The notes beneath the pieces are model-generated. The model did not search any database. It worked only from the letters and a program-made list of their open reading frames with translations, and had not been told where the DNA came from. A stretch of 64,000 nucleotides of DNA from Pachysolen tannophilus NRRL Y-2460 (lineage: Eukaryota), in NCBI GenBank assembly GCA_001661245.1, contig KV454013.1, positions 1,210,502-1,274,501 of the forward strand, given 5' to 3'. The first letter of the stretch is position 1; each line of letters opens with the position of its first letter. A program made the position numbers and the translations under genes. This document shows, one piece after another, positions 1 through 10,977 of this stretch.

Positions 1-16
1 TGATTTTTAAGCAAAA

Positions 17-2230
17 ATGTCTCCACTGAATGATCGCAGAGATTCGCATATTTCCATTGCGTTGACGCATGATTCTATGAATTCTTCGCATTCGAATATG
101 AGTGAAGACGAGAAGTTGAATGACCATAGACACCAAAGTTCGTCGTTGCCAATCAGAAGAGAAAGTGTTAATGATAATGGCGGTGGCGCTAACGTCGGCG
201 GTGCGGGTGGTGCTAATGGCGGGATCGGCACTAGGGCTTTGAATTTCAAGCAGTTAAATTATGAAACAAGCAACGGCGGTAATAATAAGTCTGGTAGGAG
301 AAATCATCTCATAGTTGAAAATAGTAGTGGTGGAAGTGAAGATGATGTGATTGATGAGGATAGTGATCTGGATACTGATTCGAGGAGTAAGAGTGAAAGA
401 GGAAGAGCCATATCGTTTACTGATCATATTAGGTCAATAGTAAAGCCAAAAGACCTATCACCAAATGCAAAGAATAGTAACGGTAATTCCAACAACAACA
501 ATTCCAACAACAACAGCAGCAACATCAATAATAACAATAATAGCAACAATAACAATAATACTAGTAATGGTAATAATAGTAATAATAATAATATCAATAA
601 TAACAATAATGGTATCTTGTTAAATAGCGATCTCAGCAACAAGTTATCCAAACAACTTTCAAGAGGTTCAAATATGAATGCTGATAGTGATGCTGATTCT
701 CATGCTTCAAGAGATTCACAGGAAACCGAAGAAGATGTTTGTTTCCCAATGATTCCGGATCATGTCAGAGTTAAAGGAATTGATTTTGGTGAAATTGAAG
801 AATTTATTCAGGAGCAAAGAGAAGAAAATATTGTTTTCAAGCAAAGAGAAGAATATTTGAAAAGAAATATGGTTTACGATAGTGGTAGTTCCAAGTCTTT
901 TAGTTCTACAGCTTTAAAATATACTCCAAAGTTGAAAAAACCTTCAATAATGTCGACAACTGCTGCTGACACTGGTAGAAAACCAGGATCAGTTAAATCA
1001 AGACAATCTTCAACTATATCTTATTCAAATAAGTTAAATGAAAAATATGGTTCAATCTTAGAAGATTCTGCAAAAATTCACGACGCTAGCAGTAGTAGCG
1101 AAGAAGGGGTTACATTTGCCAGAAATGAAAATATGTCAATACCTCCAGATCGGTTCAGCTTTTTCCATTCAGAAAGCGACGAAACTATACATGCTCCAGA
1201 TTTCCCATCTTTAGTAGATCCAGGACAATCTGTAAAAGATCTATTTATTAAAGACGAAGGTACTTGGTGGTTGGATTGTGTTTGTCCAACAGATGCAGAG
1301 ATGAAGATGTTGGCTAAAGCCTTTGGGATCCATCCATTGACAGCAGAAGATATTAGAATGCAAGAAACAAGAGAAAAAGTTGAATTATTTAAAAGTTATT
1401 ACTTTGTTTGTTTCCATACTTTTGAAACAGACAATGAAAGTGAAGATTTCTTGGAACCTATTAATGTTTATATAGTTGTCTTTAGAGATGGTGTATTGAC
1501 ATTTCATTTTTCGCCTATTTCACATCCTGCAAATGTGAGAAGACGTGTGAGACAATTGAGAGATTATGTTAATGTTTCTTCAGATTGGTTATGTTATGCT
1601 TTGATTGATGATATAACTGATGGATTTGCACCAGTAATTCAATCACTTGAATATGAAGCAGATGCAATAGAAGATAGTGTGTTTGTTGCCAGAGAGTTAG
1701 ATTTTGGTGCGATGTTAAGAAGAATTGGTGAATCCAGAAGAAAAGTCATGACGTTGATGAGATTATTATCTGGTAAAGCAGATGTTATTAAGATGTTTGC
1801 CAAAAGGTGTCAAGATGAAGTAGTAACTAATACAGGATATATCAAACCATCGTATGCTAATTTAGCTGGGTTACAAACTAATGAAAATGGCAATAGCAAT
1901 AGCAATAGCAATTTCAATGGTGGCGCTTTTTTCCCTCAAACGGGAAACGTTCAGCCGAGAGGTGACATTGCACTTTATTTGGGTGATATTCAGGATCATG
2001 TTTTGACCATGTTTCAAAATTTGTTATCCTATGAGAAAATTTTTTCTAGGTGTCATTCTAATTACTTGGCTCAACTTCAGGTTGAATCTTTTAATGCAAA
2101 TAATAAGGCAACTGAGATTTTATCAAAAGTTACTTTGTTGGGTACTATTTTAATTCCTACTAATGTAATCACCGGTTTATTTGGTATGAATGTCAAAGTC
2201 CCTGGAAAGGATAGTGAAAGTTTTGGTTGG
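17..2230 (+). CDS. ALR1: ALR1-like CorA-family Mg2+ transporter, paralog A (truncated by gap; attached C-terminus may be mis-assembled)
   Basis: Motifs SRDSQETEEDVCFPM, WWLDCVCPT, AFGIHPLTAEDIRMQETREKVELF and GLFGMN; Asn-rich N-terminus; runs into N gap at 2231. Confidence 0.9.
1242..1820 (+). repeat. 579-bp core shared by ALR copies (also 2891-3469; partial at 7905-8395 and 8582-9064)
   Basis: Identical by eye; last upstream SNP is c1241 vs t2890, and copies diverge after caagatgaag (1820/3469). Confidence 0.85.
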
Positions 2231-2564
2231 NNNNNNNNNNNNNNNNNNNNNNNNNNNNNNNNNNNNNNNNNNNNNNNNNNNNNNNNNNNNNNNNNNNNNN
2301 NNNNNNNNNNNNNNNNNNNNNNNNNNNNNNNNNNNNNNNNNNNNNNNNNNNNNNNNNNNNNNNNNNNNNNNNNNNNNNNNNNNNNNNNNNNNNNNNNNNN
2401 NNNNNNNNNNNNNNNNNNNNNNNNNNNNNNNNNNNNNNNNNNNNNNNNNNNNNNNNNNNNNNNNNNNNNNNNNNNNNNNNNNNNNNNNNNNNNNNNNNNN
2501 NNNNNNNNNNNNNNNNNNNNNNNNNNNNNNNNNNNNNNNNNNNNNNNNNNNNNNNNNNNNNNNN
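2231..2564. other. Assembly gap
   Basis: Run of N. Confidence 1.
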
Positions 2565-4089
2565 TGATTTAAGGAAAATGAGTTCTGCAGCTTTAAAATA
2601 TACCCCGGAAACTTACAAGAAACAGTCTGATAACAATCTAAAGACTTTGTCTTTTGATCAACCTTCAGCTTCCTCTTCAAACAAATTGTCTGGAGATGAG
2701 AAGAATAATAATGATCTTGAATATACACATGATGTTGGTAGTAGTAGCGAGGAAGGGGTTACATTTGCTGGAAATGAAAATATGTCAATTCCTCCAGATC
2801 GGTTCAGCTTTTTCCATTCAGAAAGCGACGAAACTATACATGCTCCAGATTTTCCATCTTTAGTAGATCCAGGACAATCTGTAAAAGATTTATTTATTAA
2901 AGACGAAGGTACTTGGTGGTTGGATTGTGTTTGTCCAACAGATGCAGAGATGAAGATGTTGGCTAAAGCCTTTGGGATCCATCCATTGACAGCAGAAGAT
3001 ATTAGAATGCAAGAAACAAGAGAAAAAGTTGAATTATTTAAAAGTTATTACTTTGTTTGTTTCCATACTTTTGAAACAGACAATGAAAGTGAAGATTTCT
3101 TGGAACCTATTAATGTTTATATAGTTGTCTTTAGAGATGGTGTATTGACATTTCATTTTTCGCCTATTTCACATCCTGCAAATGTGAGAAGACGTGTGAG
3201 ACAATTGAGAGATTATGTTAATGTTTCTTCAGATTGGTTATGTTATGCTTTGATTGATGATATAACTGATGGATTTGCACCAGTAATTCAATCACTTGAA
3301 TATGAAGCAGATGCAATAGAAGATAGTGTGTTTGTTGCCAGAGAGTTAGATTTTGGTGCGATGTTAAGAAGAATTGGTGAATCCAGAAGAAAAGTCATGA
3401 CGTTGATGAGATTATTATCTGGTAAAGCAGATGTTATTAAGATGTTTGCCAAAAGGTGTCAAGATGAAGCTGCTGCCAGTACGGGTTACTACAGGCCTCC
3501 TTCTTCCAATACAAATTTACAAAATTTATCTCAGGGAGCAAATGCATCACCACCACATCCAAATCATGCTCAGCCAAGAGCTGATATAGCTTTATACTTG
3601 GGCGATATTCAGGACCACGTCTTGACTATGTTTCAAAATTTGTTATCTTATGAAAAGATTTTCTCAAGATCTCATTCTAATTATTTAGCACAATTGCAAG
3701 TTGAATCTTTCAACGCAAATAACACTGTTACTGAGATGTTATCTAAAGTCACTGTTTTAGGTACTATATTAGTTCCATTGAACTTGATTACCGGTTTATT
3801 TGGTATGAACGTCCATGTTCCTGGTCAAGATGTAGGAACTTATGGATGGTTCTTTGGTATTGTTGGTGTTCTTATCATTTTCATTCTTGTCAGCTTGTTT
3901 GCTGCTAACCGTTACCTTAGCTCTCAGAGCAAATTAAGCAATGATCTTGATGGCGTCACAGAAGGAAGATCAATCAGAAGTTTTGGATTCAGAAAGAAGA
4001 ATAATAGCGGTGCTAGTGACTCTCGGAGTAGGAAAGGTGGAAGATCTATATTAAGTTTTACTAGCAAAGTTAATAATCGTTATGATTAA
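2565..4089 (+). CDS. ALR1: ALR-like Mg2+ transporter, 3' part (core plus C-terminus ending NRYD)
   Basis: CorA core, GLFGMN, second TM helix, stop at 4089; 2565-3381 repeats 7579-8395. Confidence 0.85.
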
Positions 4090-4298
4090 GAACTTTTTTT
4101 TCGTCATTTTTATTTATTTTCTATCATTATATAGAGATAGTATACTATTTTTTTTTTTTTTTTCACCCAACAGCATGTATTAGTTTGATAATTTTATTTG
4201 GTTTTCTGTACAGTCAGTCGTTATTATTTATAAACTTTTTACAAAAAATTATTATCTTATTGTAGATTACACAAATAAAAGGAATGGTAGTAATTAAA

Positions 4299-6023
4299 TT
4301 ATTTGTTAAGTTTTCTTCTCTTTTTGTCTCTCAAATCAGTCTTTTCACCAATAGGTATAGAGATTTCCTCGTTATCATCCAATTTAGGGCCATCTTCATC
4401 TTCGAAAACTTTTTTTCTCCAATCTTTCAATCTTCTTTTCTTTGTCAATTTTCTTCTATCTTTTACCCTCAACTCTTTAGCTTTATAAGGAGCAAATTTT
4501 TTCAATCCCATAAACTCATTCAAATCTTTATCGTCAGCCAAAATTATTTCTCTAGTGGTTAAGCCAAAAGAATCTGGAGAAACTTCACGATATCTAAATT
4601 TGATGTCTTCTCTATCCTTTGAACGCCCATTTCTCTCTTCATCTTTTTCCAATTCATCAATAATTTTATCTGTATTTTTTTGAACCAATTTTTCAGCTAA
4701 TTTTCTACTTATTTCTTTCTCTTTCTTTTTCGATTTTTTATCTTTTAACTTATCTTTCTTAGATAAACCTGATATTTCTTGTGTTTCTTGCTGGTTGTTT
4801 TTAATTTCTTCTATTTCTTCTTCTTCTTCATCTTCAAGATTATCTTTCTTACTGAAATCAGCCATTATTTCATCATCATCTTCCCATTCAGGTTTAGTAA
4901 CTTCTGCATTATAGTAAGCCTCATCGAATATTTGATTCATCTTACTATCCCATTCTGCATCATCAAAATCTTCGTTTAATAAGCTATCACCAAATACTTT
5001 TGTTATCAATTCATCGCTTACATCACTACCAACTGCTTCTTTTATCTGTTTCAATCTATCAGTAACTAAATTGATTTTCTTAACTTTTTTCTTTTCTAAT
5101 TTTTCCTTTTCTTTTAATTGTTCTTTCTCCTTTTCTTCGCTTTGTTTTTGTCTTTGTAATTTTCTTGAATTTGCCTTAGACCTTCTTAAAGTAGCTTGAT
5201 TTCTTGCATATGAAACAATTTCTGCAGAATTTGGATCCTCATACCTAAAATTATAAGCATGTTCAAAAATTTCTGCAGCATCTTCAAACTCATCATCATC
5301 TTCCTCAATTACCATCTTACCATCGAGATCCATGGTTTTATCACCCTTTTTAGGTATCCAAGCTTGAGAATCAAGAAATGCTTCCAAAAATTTTTCTTCG
5401 TCCTTATCTGGGTTTGGCAACTTTGCAGTTTCATCATGTGCAGCAGTGGAAACAGGTTTTGCCTTTTTCTTCAAAAACCCATCATCATCATCATCTTCTT
5501 CATCATCATTTTCCTTATCTGGATCATTTTGTTCTTTAAAAGCATCTTTAATTTCTGATAACAATTGATCTCTCTCTTCTCTCTGTTGAACCACAAATGG
5601 CTTCTCGCCATCCTGTTCTTCTTCATTTCTCAAGACACCACCAGAAAGCACATTCATCCTATGATAATCTTTCAAATAAATAGGTTTATATTTTTGCAGC
5701 GTTTGTAAATTTTCTACAGCCTTTTCAGGATCTTCAAAAAACCTAGTCTTTGGGTCAAACAAAACTTTGTCCCCCTTTCTAATTGCATCCAAGACTTTAT
5801 TTATCCCATCTTCCACTTCTTCAGTAATTAAATCTCCATATTCATCCTCTTCTTCTTCGTCCTCTTCATCTTCATCTTCTTCAGCAGACGAAAAAGATTC
5901 ATCATCATTGGTACCCTCATTTTTTTCAACAGCGCTCTTATCCAACGAGACCTGTTGGCCCTCTTTGGTCTCTACAACCTTTTCCTCTCTTGCCCTCTTA
6001 GCAGCCGACTTCTTTCTAGGCAT
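4299..6023 (-). CDS. KRI1: Kri1, 40S ribosome biogenesis factor
   Basis: YNFRYEDPNSAEIVSYARNQATLRR and FRYREVSPDSFGLTTREIILADDKDLNEFMGLKKFAPY; acidic/basic tracts; RRPE-like gaaaattttt about 6102. Confidence 0.95.
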   Translation of the reverse strand: MPRKKSAAKRAREEKVVETKEGQQVSLDKSAVEKNEGTNDDESFSSAEEDEDEEDEEEEDEYGDLITEEVEDGINKVLDAIRKGDKVLFDPKTRFFEDPEKAVENLQTLQKYKPIYLKDYHRMNVLSGGVLRNEEEQDGEKPFVVQQREERDQLLSEIKDAFKEQNDPDKENDDEEDDDDDGFLKKKAKPVSTAAHDETAKLPNPDKDEEKFLEAFLDSQAWIPKKGDKTMDLDGKMVIEEDDDEFEDAAEIFEHAYNFRYEDPNSAEIVSYARNQATLRRSKANSRKLQRQKQSEEKEKEQLKEKEKLEKKKVKKINLVTDRLKQIKEAVGSDVSDELITKVFGDSLLNEDFDDAEWDSKMNQIFDEAYYNAEVTKPEWEDDDEIMADFSKKDNLEDEEEEEIEEIKNNQQETQEISGLSKKDKLKDKKSKKKEKEISRKLAEKLVQKNTDKIIDELEKDEERNGRSKDREDIKFRYREVSPDSFGLTTREIILADDKDLNEFMGLKKFAPYKAKELRVKDRRKLTKKRRLKDWRKKVFEDEDGPKLDDNEEISIPIGEKTDLRDKKRRKLNK

Positions 6024-6706
6024 TATATATCAGCTCAATTTTCACTTATCAACTTTGAAACGATACAAGTACAAGTACAAGTATAAGACTTTTTAAGTTA
6101 GAGAAAATTTTTAGTACCGCTAAAAGAGAAAAAAGAAAAAAAAAAAACAATATTACCTCTTTGGGACATTTATTTATTTGAAGCACTACCCAAATAATTC
6201 AAAAGATAATAGTAGTGTACAATATAGCAAAAGTGCCTAAACAGGAAATACAGAAAAAAGAAACAAAAAAGGAAGTGCACAAAAAATACAAAACAAAAAA
6301 CAACATCAGTAGTGCTTATAAATACCGACAGTCCCAAATAGGAAGCTGGCGCTACAACAAAAAAACAGAGAATTTTGCAACATCATAAAAGAAGCAAGCA
6401 AAAAAATAAAAAGCAGAAAAAGAAATCGAATTTATAATTATAAATAAGTTAAATAAATTAGTTATATTTATTTGTAATTGTTAATAATTATTATTATAAC
6501 AAGTATATATTAAATATACTTTGAGTTAATTTTTCAGTTTATATTATATTGATTAAAGATTTTTTAATATCAATGTCCTTTGTTCTGTCAATGATTTTGT
6601 CAGAAGCTATTAAAGACCCACCTTAACTTAAATATTTTTTTTTTTTTTATTATAGTTCTTTGTTGAAGGGGAAAAAAGTTAAAACAATCAAGTTTTTATA
6701 AAAAAA

Positions 6707-8395
6707 ATGACCTCTCCTGTGGGACGTGAGAATTCACATGGATCTGTACATGAATTTTTTGGCTTGCCTCTGTCGGGTTTGGTTGAAGATGAAAAATTGA
6801 ACGATCATAGGCGTCAGAGTTCTTCGTTACCGGTTAGAAAGGATGGCGCTCTTGTTGGTGAAAGTCGTAATGGAGAATGTGCGGCTGATACTGGTGGAAG
6901 TTTGAGTTGTACGTTTCTGCAACATAATAAAGGCGGTAAGCTAATAGATTCAAGAGAACTAAGAAACAAGATGATACAGTTCAACGATGAAGAAGAAGAT
7001 GAATATGCTATTGATGAAGCTCCCGATATGGATAATGATGGCGGCATTAGTTTCTCAAGAGAGAGGGCAAGGTCATTTACAGATCATATCAAATCGATGA
7101 TGAAGCCGGGAGATGGGAACAGTAGTGGTGCTGTTCCACGTCCCTGTCCAGATCCGGATTCAGTTCCAGATTCAAATCCAGATTCAGTTCGAGATCCAGA
7201 GAATGTTGTTAGGGACAATCGTAAACTTTCTAAACAATTGTCGAAAAGTTCAGAGGCTAGCAATATTAATAATAATATTATTAATAATAAGAATAGTAAT
7301 GTTGATAGCGATGCAGATTCTCATGCCTCAAGGGAATCGCAAGAAACCGAAGAAGATGTCTGTTTTCCAATGATTCCAGCTCATATCACATTGAAAAGTA
7401 TTGATTTTGGTGAAATGCAACAATTCATCAAAGACCAAAGAGAAGAAAATATGATTTCTCGTCAAAGAGAGAAAAAATTGAAAAAGACAACTCCTTTTAA
7501 TAACTACAGTGTTGTTGGCGAAAGTACAACTTCTGCAACTATTGCAACTACTGCAACAAATACAACCGGCACTAGTAGTGATTTAAGGAAAATGAGTTCT
7601 GCAGCTTTAAAATATACCCCGGAAACTTACAAGAAACAGTCTGATAACAATCTAAAGACTTTGTCTTTTGATCAACCTTCAGCTTCCTCTTCAAACAAAT
7701 TGTCTGGAGATGAGAAGAATAATAATGATCTTGAATATACACATGATGTTGGTAGTAGTAGCGAGGAAGGGGTTACATTTGCTGGAAATGAAAATATGTC
7801 AATTCCTCCAGATCGGTTCAGCTTTTTCCATTCAGAAAGCGACGAAACTATACATGCTCCAGATTTTCCATCTTTAGTAGATCCAGGACAATCTGTAAAA
7901 GATTTATTTATTAAAGACGAAGGTACTTGGTGGTTGGATTGTGTTTGTCCAACAGATGCAGAGATGAAGATGTTGGCTAAAGCCTTTGGGATCCATCCAT
8001 TGACAGCAGAAGATATTAGAATGCAAGAAACAAGAGAAAAAGTTGAATTATTTAAAAGTTATTACTTTGTTTGTTTCCATACTTTTGAAACAGACAATGA
8101 AAGTGAAGATTTCTTGGAACCTATTAATGTTTATATAGTTGTCTTTAGAGATGGTGTATTGACATTTCATTTTTCGCCTATTTCACATCCTGCAAATGTG
8201 AGAAGACGTGTGAGACAATTGAGAGATTATGTTAATGTTTCTTCAGATTGGTTATGTTATGCTTTGATTGATGATATAACTGATGGATTTGCACCAGTAA
8301 TTCAATCACTTGAATATGAAGCAGATGCAATAGAAGATAGTGTGTTTGTTGCCAGAGAGTTAGATTTTGGTGCGATGTTAAGAAGAATTGGTGAA
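6707..8395 (+). CDS. ALR1: ALR-like Mg2+ transporter, paralog B, 5' part (truncated by gap)
   Basis: Diverged N-terminus sharing DEKLNDHR..SSSLP and SRESQETEEDVCFPM with paralog A, then the shared core. Confidence 0.9.
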
Positions 8396-8581
8396 NNNNN
8401 NNNNNNNNNNNNNNNNNNNNNNNNNNNNNNNNNNNNNNNNNNNNNNNNNNNNNNNNNNNNNNNNNNNNNNNNNNNNNNNNNNNNNNNNNNNNNNNNNNNN
8501 NNNNNNNNNNNNNNNNNNNNNNNNNNNNNNNNNNNNNNNNNNNNNNNNNNNNNNNNNNNNNNNNNNNNNNNNNNNNNNNNN
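8396..8581. other. Assembly gap
   Basis: Run of N. Confidence 1.
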
Positions 8582-9726
8582 TGACAGCAGAAGATATTAG
8601 AATGCAAGAAACAAGAGAAAAAGTTGAATTATTTAAAAGTTATTACTTTGTTTGTTTCCATACTTTTGAAACAGACAATGAAAGTGAAGATTTCTTGGAA
8701 CCTATTAATGTTTATATAGTTGTCTTTAGAGATGGTGTATTGACATTTCATTTTTCGCCTATTTCACATCCTGCAAATGTGAGAAGACGTGTGAGACAAT
8801 TGAGAGATTATGTTAATGTTTCTTCAGATTGGTTATGTTATGCTTTGATTGATGATATAACTGATGGATTTGCACCAGTAATTCAATCACTTGAATATGA
8901 AGCAGATGCAATAGAAGATAGTGTGTTTGTTGCCAGAGAGTTAGATTTTGGTGCGATGTTAAGAAGAATTGGTGAATCCAGAAGAAAAGTCATGACGTTG
9001 ATGAGATTATTATCTGGTAAAGCAGATGTTATTAAGATGTTTGCCAAAAGGTGTCAAGATGAAGTAGTAACTAATACAGGATATATCAAACCATCGTATG
9101 CTAATTTAGCTGGGTTACAAACTAATGAAAATGGCAATAGCAATAGCAATAGCAATTTCAATGGTGGCGCTTTTTTCCCTCAAACGGGAAACGTTCAGCC
9201 GAGAGGTGACATTGCACTTTATTTGGGTGATATTCAGGATCATGTTTTGACCATGTTTCAAAATTTGTTATCCTATGAGAAAATTTTTTCTAGGTGTCAT
9301 TCTAATTACTTGGCTCAACTTCAGGTTGAATCTTTTAATGCAAATAATAAGGCAACTGAGATTTTATCAAAAGTTACTTTGTTGGGTACTATTTTAATTC
9401 CTACTAATGTAATCACCGGTTTATTTGGTATGAATGTCAAAGTCCCTGGAAAGGATAGTGAAAGTTTTGGTTGGTTTTTTGGGATTCTTGGTGTGTTGAT
9501 AGTATTCATATTAGTTTGTTTAACTTTAGCAAACTATTATTTTAACTTAAAAAGTAAAAATCTGTCGTCAAGTCTTTTAAACTCTATGGATGGTAGCAGG
9601 TCAACCAGATCATTTAGAAGTTTCGGTTTTAGAGCGAGAACCAGTAGCAGCAATAACTCGGGCATGGGTGCTAATAAGTCCATACTGAGCTTCACAAGTA
9701 AAACTAACAAGTCTCATTTTGACTAG
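8582..9726 (+). CDS. ALR1: ALR-like transporter, 3' part (core plus C-terminus ending SHFD); probably completes the gene starting at 6707
   Basis: GLFGMN, TM helix, stop at 9726; 8582-9474 repeats 1338-2230. Confidence 0.85.
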
Positions 9727-9951
9727 TTCAATATTGTATAGAATGTACTTTATGATGGGTGAGTAATACACTACTTTTGTGTTTTTTTTTTTTTTAAATT
9801 TTTTATCGTATTATTGGTGCTTTGAATCTCAATTGTAGAAGCTGAATCAAGTAATTTTATAACTAGACATTAAAGTTCCTAATGGATTAGTTAAGTTGAG
9901 AATTCAATATTTAATAGAGAATGTTGTTCTAATTAAAAGTTTTTAAGTGTT

Positions 9952-9963
9952 TATTATTATTAA

Positions 9964-10003
<40 letters not shown>
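9952..10003. repeat. (ATT)n microsatellite
   Basis: Near-perfect ATT run. Confidence 0.9.
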
Positions 10004-10006
<3 letters not shown>

Positions 10007-10043
10007 ATTAGCATTGATATTTTTATATGAGTAGAAATTAGTG

Positions 10044-10754
10044 ATGAATGGTACCAAGAAATCACCATTGCCCAAACTGGTTGCGAGCATACTGGAGAAC
10101 CCTTTAGATATAGTTTCTCTTACTTCTGCTATATTGGGTGTCATATTTGGAATTGCAACCACAACTCTATTTATATTAAACTATAAGCAAATAAGCATAT
10201 ATATCATGTCATTATCACTTTTCCATCTCTTGGAGTATTTTGTCACTGCAAAATATAATGCTGCTAAGGTTAATAAAGATTCTTTTTTAATAAATAATGG
10301 GAATACATATATTCTGGCACATACAGTGGCAATAGCGGAAGCTTTTTTAGAAAATTTTTATTTCCCAGGTTTTAAAAGAAAACATTTCTATATATCTTTA
10401 ATTGGTTTTTTGCTTATGGCTGTTGGACAATTTTTAAGATCACTAGCAATGTCCACCGCTGGCTCTTCTTTCTCCCATAATATTGCAGAACGTAAGAAAG
10501 ATGACCACATTTTAGTCACACACGGCATATACTCAATCACAAGACACCCAAGCTATGCTGGTTTTTACTGTTGGGCAATTGGCAGTCAATTGCTTCTAAT
10601 AAATCCAATTTGTCTCATTGCATTTCTGATAATCTTGTGGTATTTTTTCAGCGACAGAATAAAATATGAAGAAAAACTATTGATCAGGTTTTTCGGTGAT
10701 GACTATATAGAATACAAGACTAGAACTGGCACTTTGATACCGTTTGTGCCCTGA
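10044..10754 (+). CDS. STE14: Isoprenylcysteine carboxyl methyltransferase
   Basis: FHLLEYFVTAKYN, HILVTHGIYSITRHPSYAGF, RIKYEEKLLIRFFG; ATG at 10044. Confidence 0.95.
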   Translation: MNGTKKSPLPKLVASILENPLDIVSLTSAILGVIFGIATTTLFILNYKQISIYIMSLSLFHLLEYFVTAKYNAAKVNKDSFLINNGNTYILAHTVAIAEAFLENFYFPGFKRKHFYISLIGFLLMAVGQFLRSLAMSTAGSSFSHNIAERKKDDHILVTHGIYSITRHPSYAGFYCWAIGSQLLLINPICLIAFLIILWYFFSDRIKYEEKLLIRFFGDDYIEYKTRTGTLIPFVP

Positions 10755-10977
10755 TAATCCCCATCTTTTCAAAGCTTGGCTTGTATAGGATCAAATCTTT
10801 AATACTGAAAATAGAGGTTTTTCAGCCTTACGTAAATGAACATAAAAAAAAAATTTTTTTTCTTAATTTTTTAGGTATTTTTTATTTTGTACTTTGGAAA
10901 ATCTTGCCCCAAAAGAATATTGATGAGGAGTTGAAAAGAATATATCCAAGACTTTGAGTTAAGATTTGAATTTGAAG

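Noticed and set aside
424..651. Leu-rich antisense ORFs and other short shadow ORFs (e.g. 5767-6096, 37362-37769, 42257-42643)
   Set aside because: Opposite-strand or off-frame readings of Asn/Glu/Asp repeats within real genes.
2177..2728. ORF-track entries spanning N runs (also 8302-8607, 13894-14503, 53858-54839)
   Set aside because: Artifacts of translating through N.
9822..9907. Hairpin ttgaatctcaa...ttgagaattcaa between ALR and STE14
   Set aside because: AT-rich and short, with no snoRNA boxes recognised; plausible by chance.
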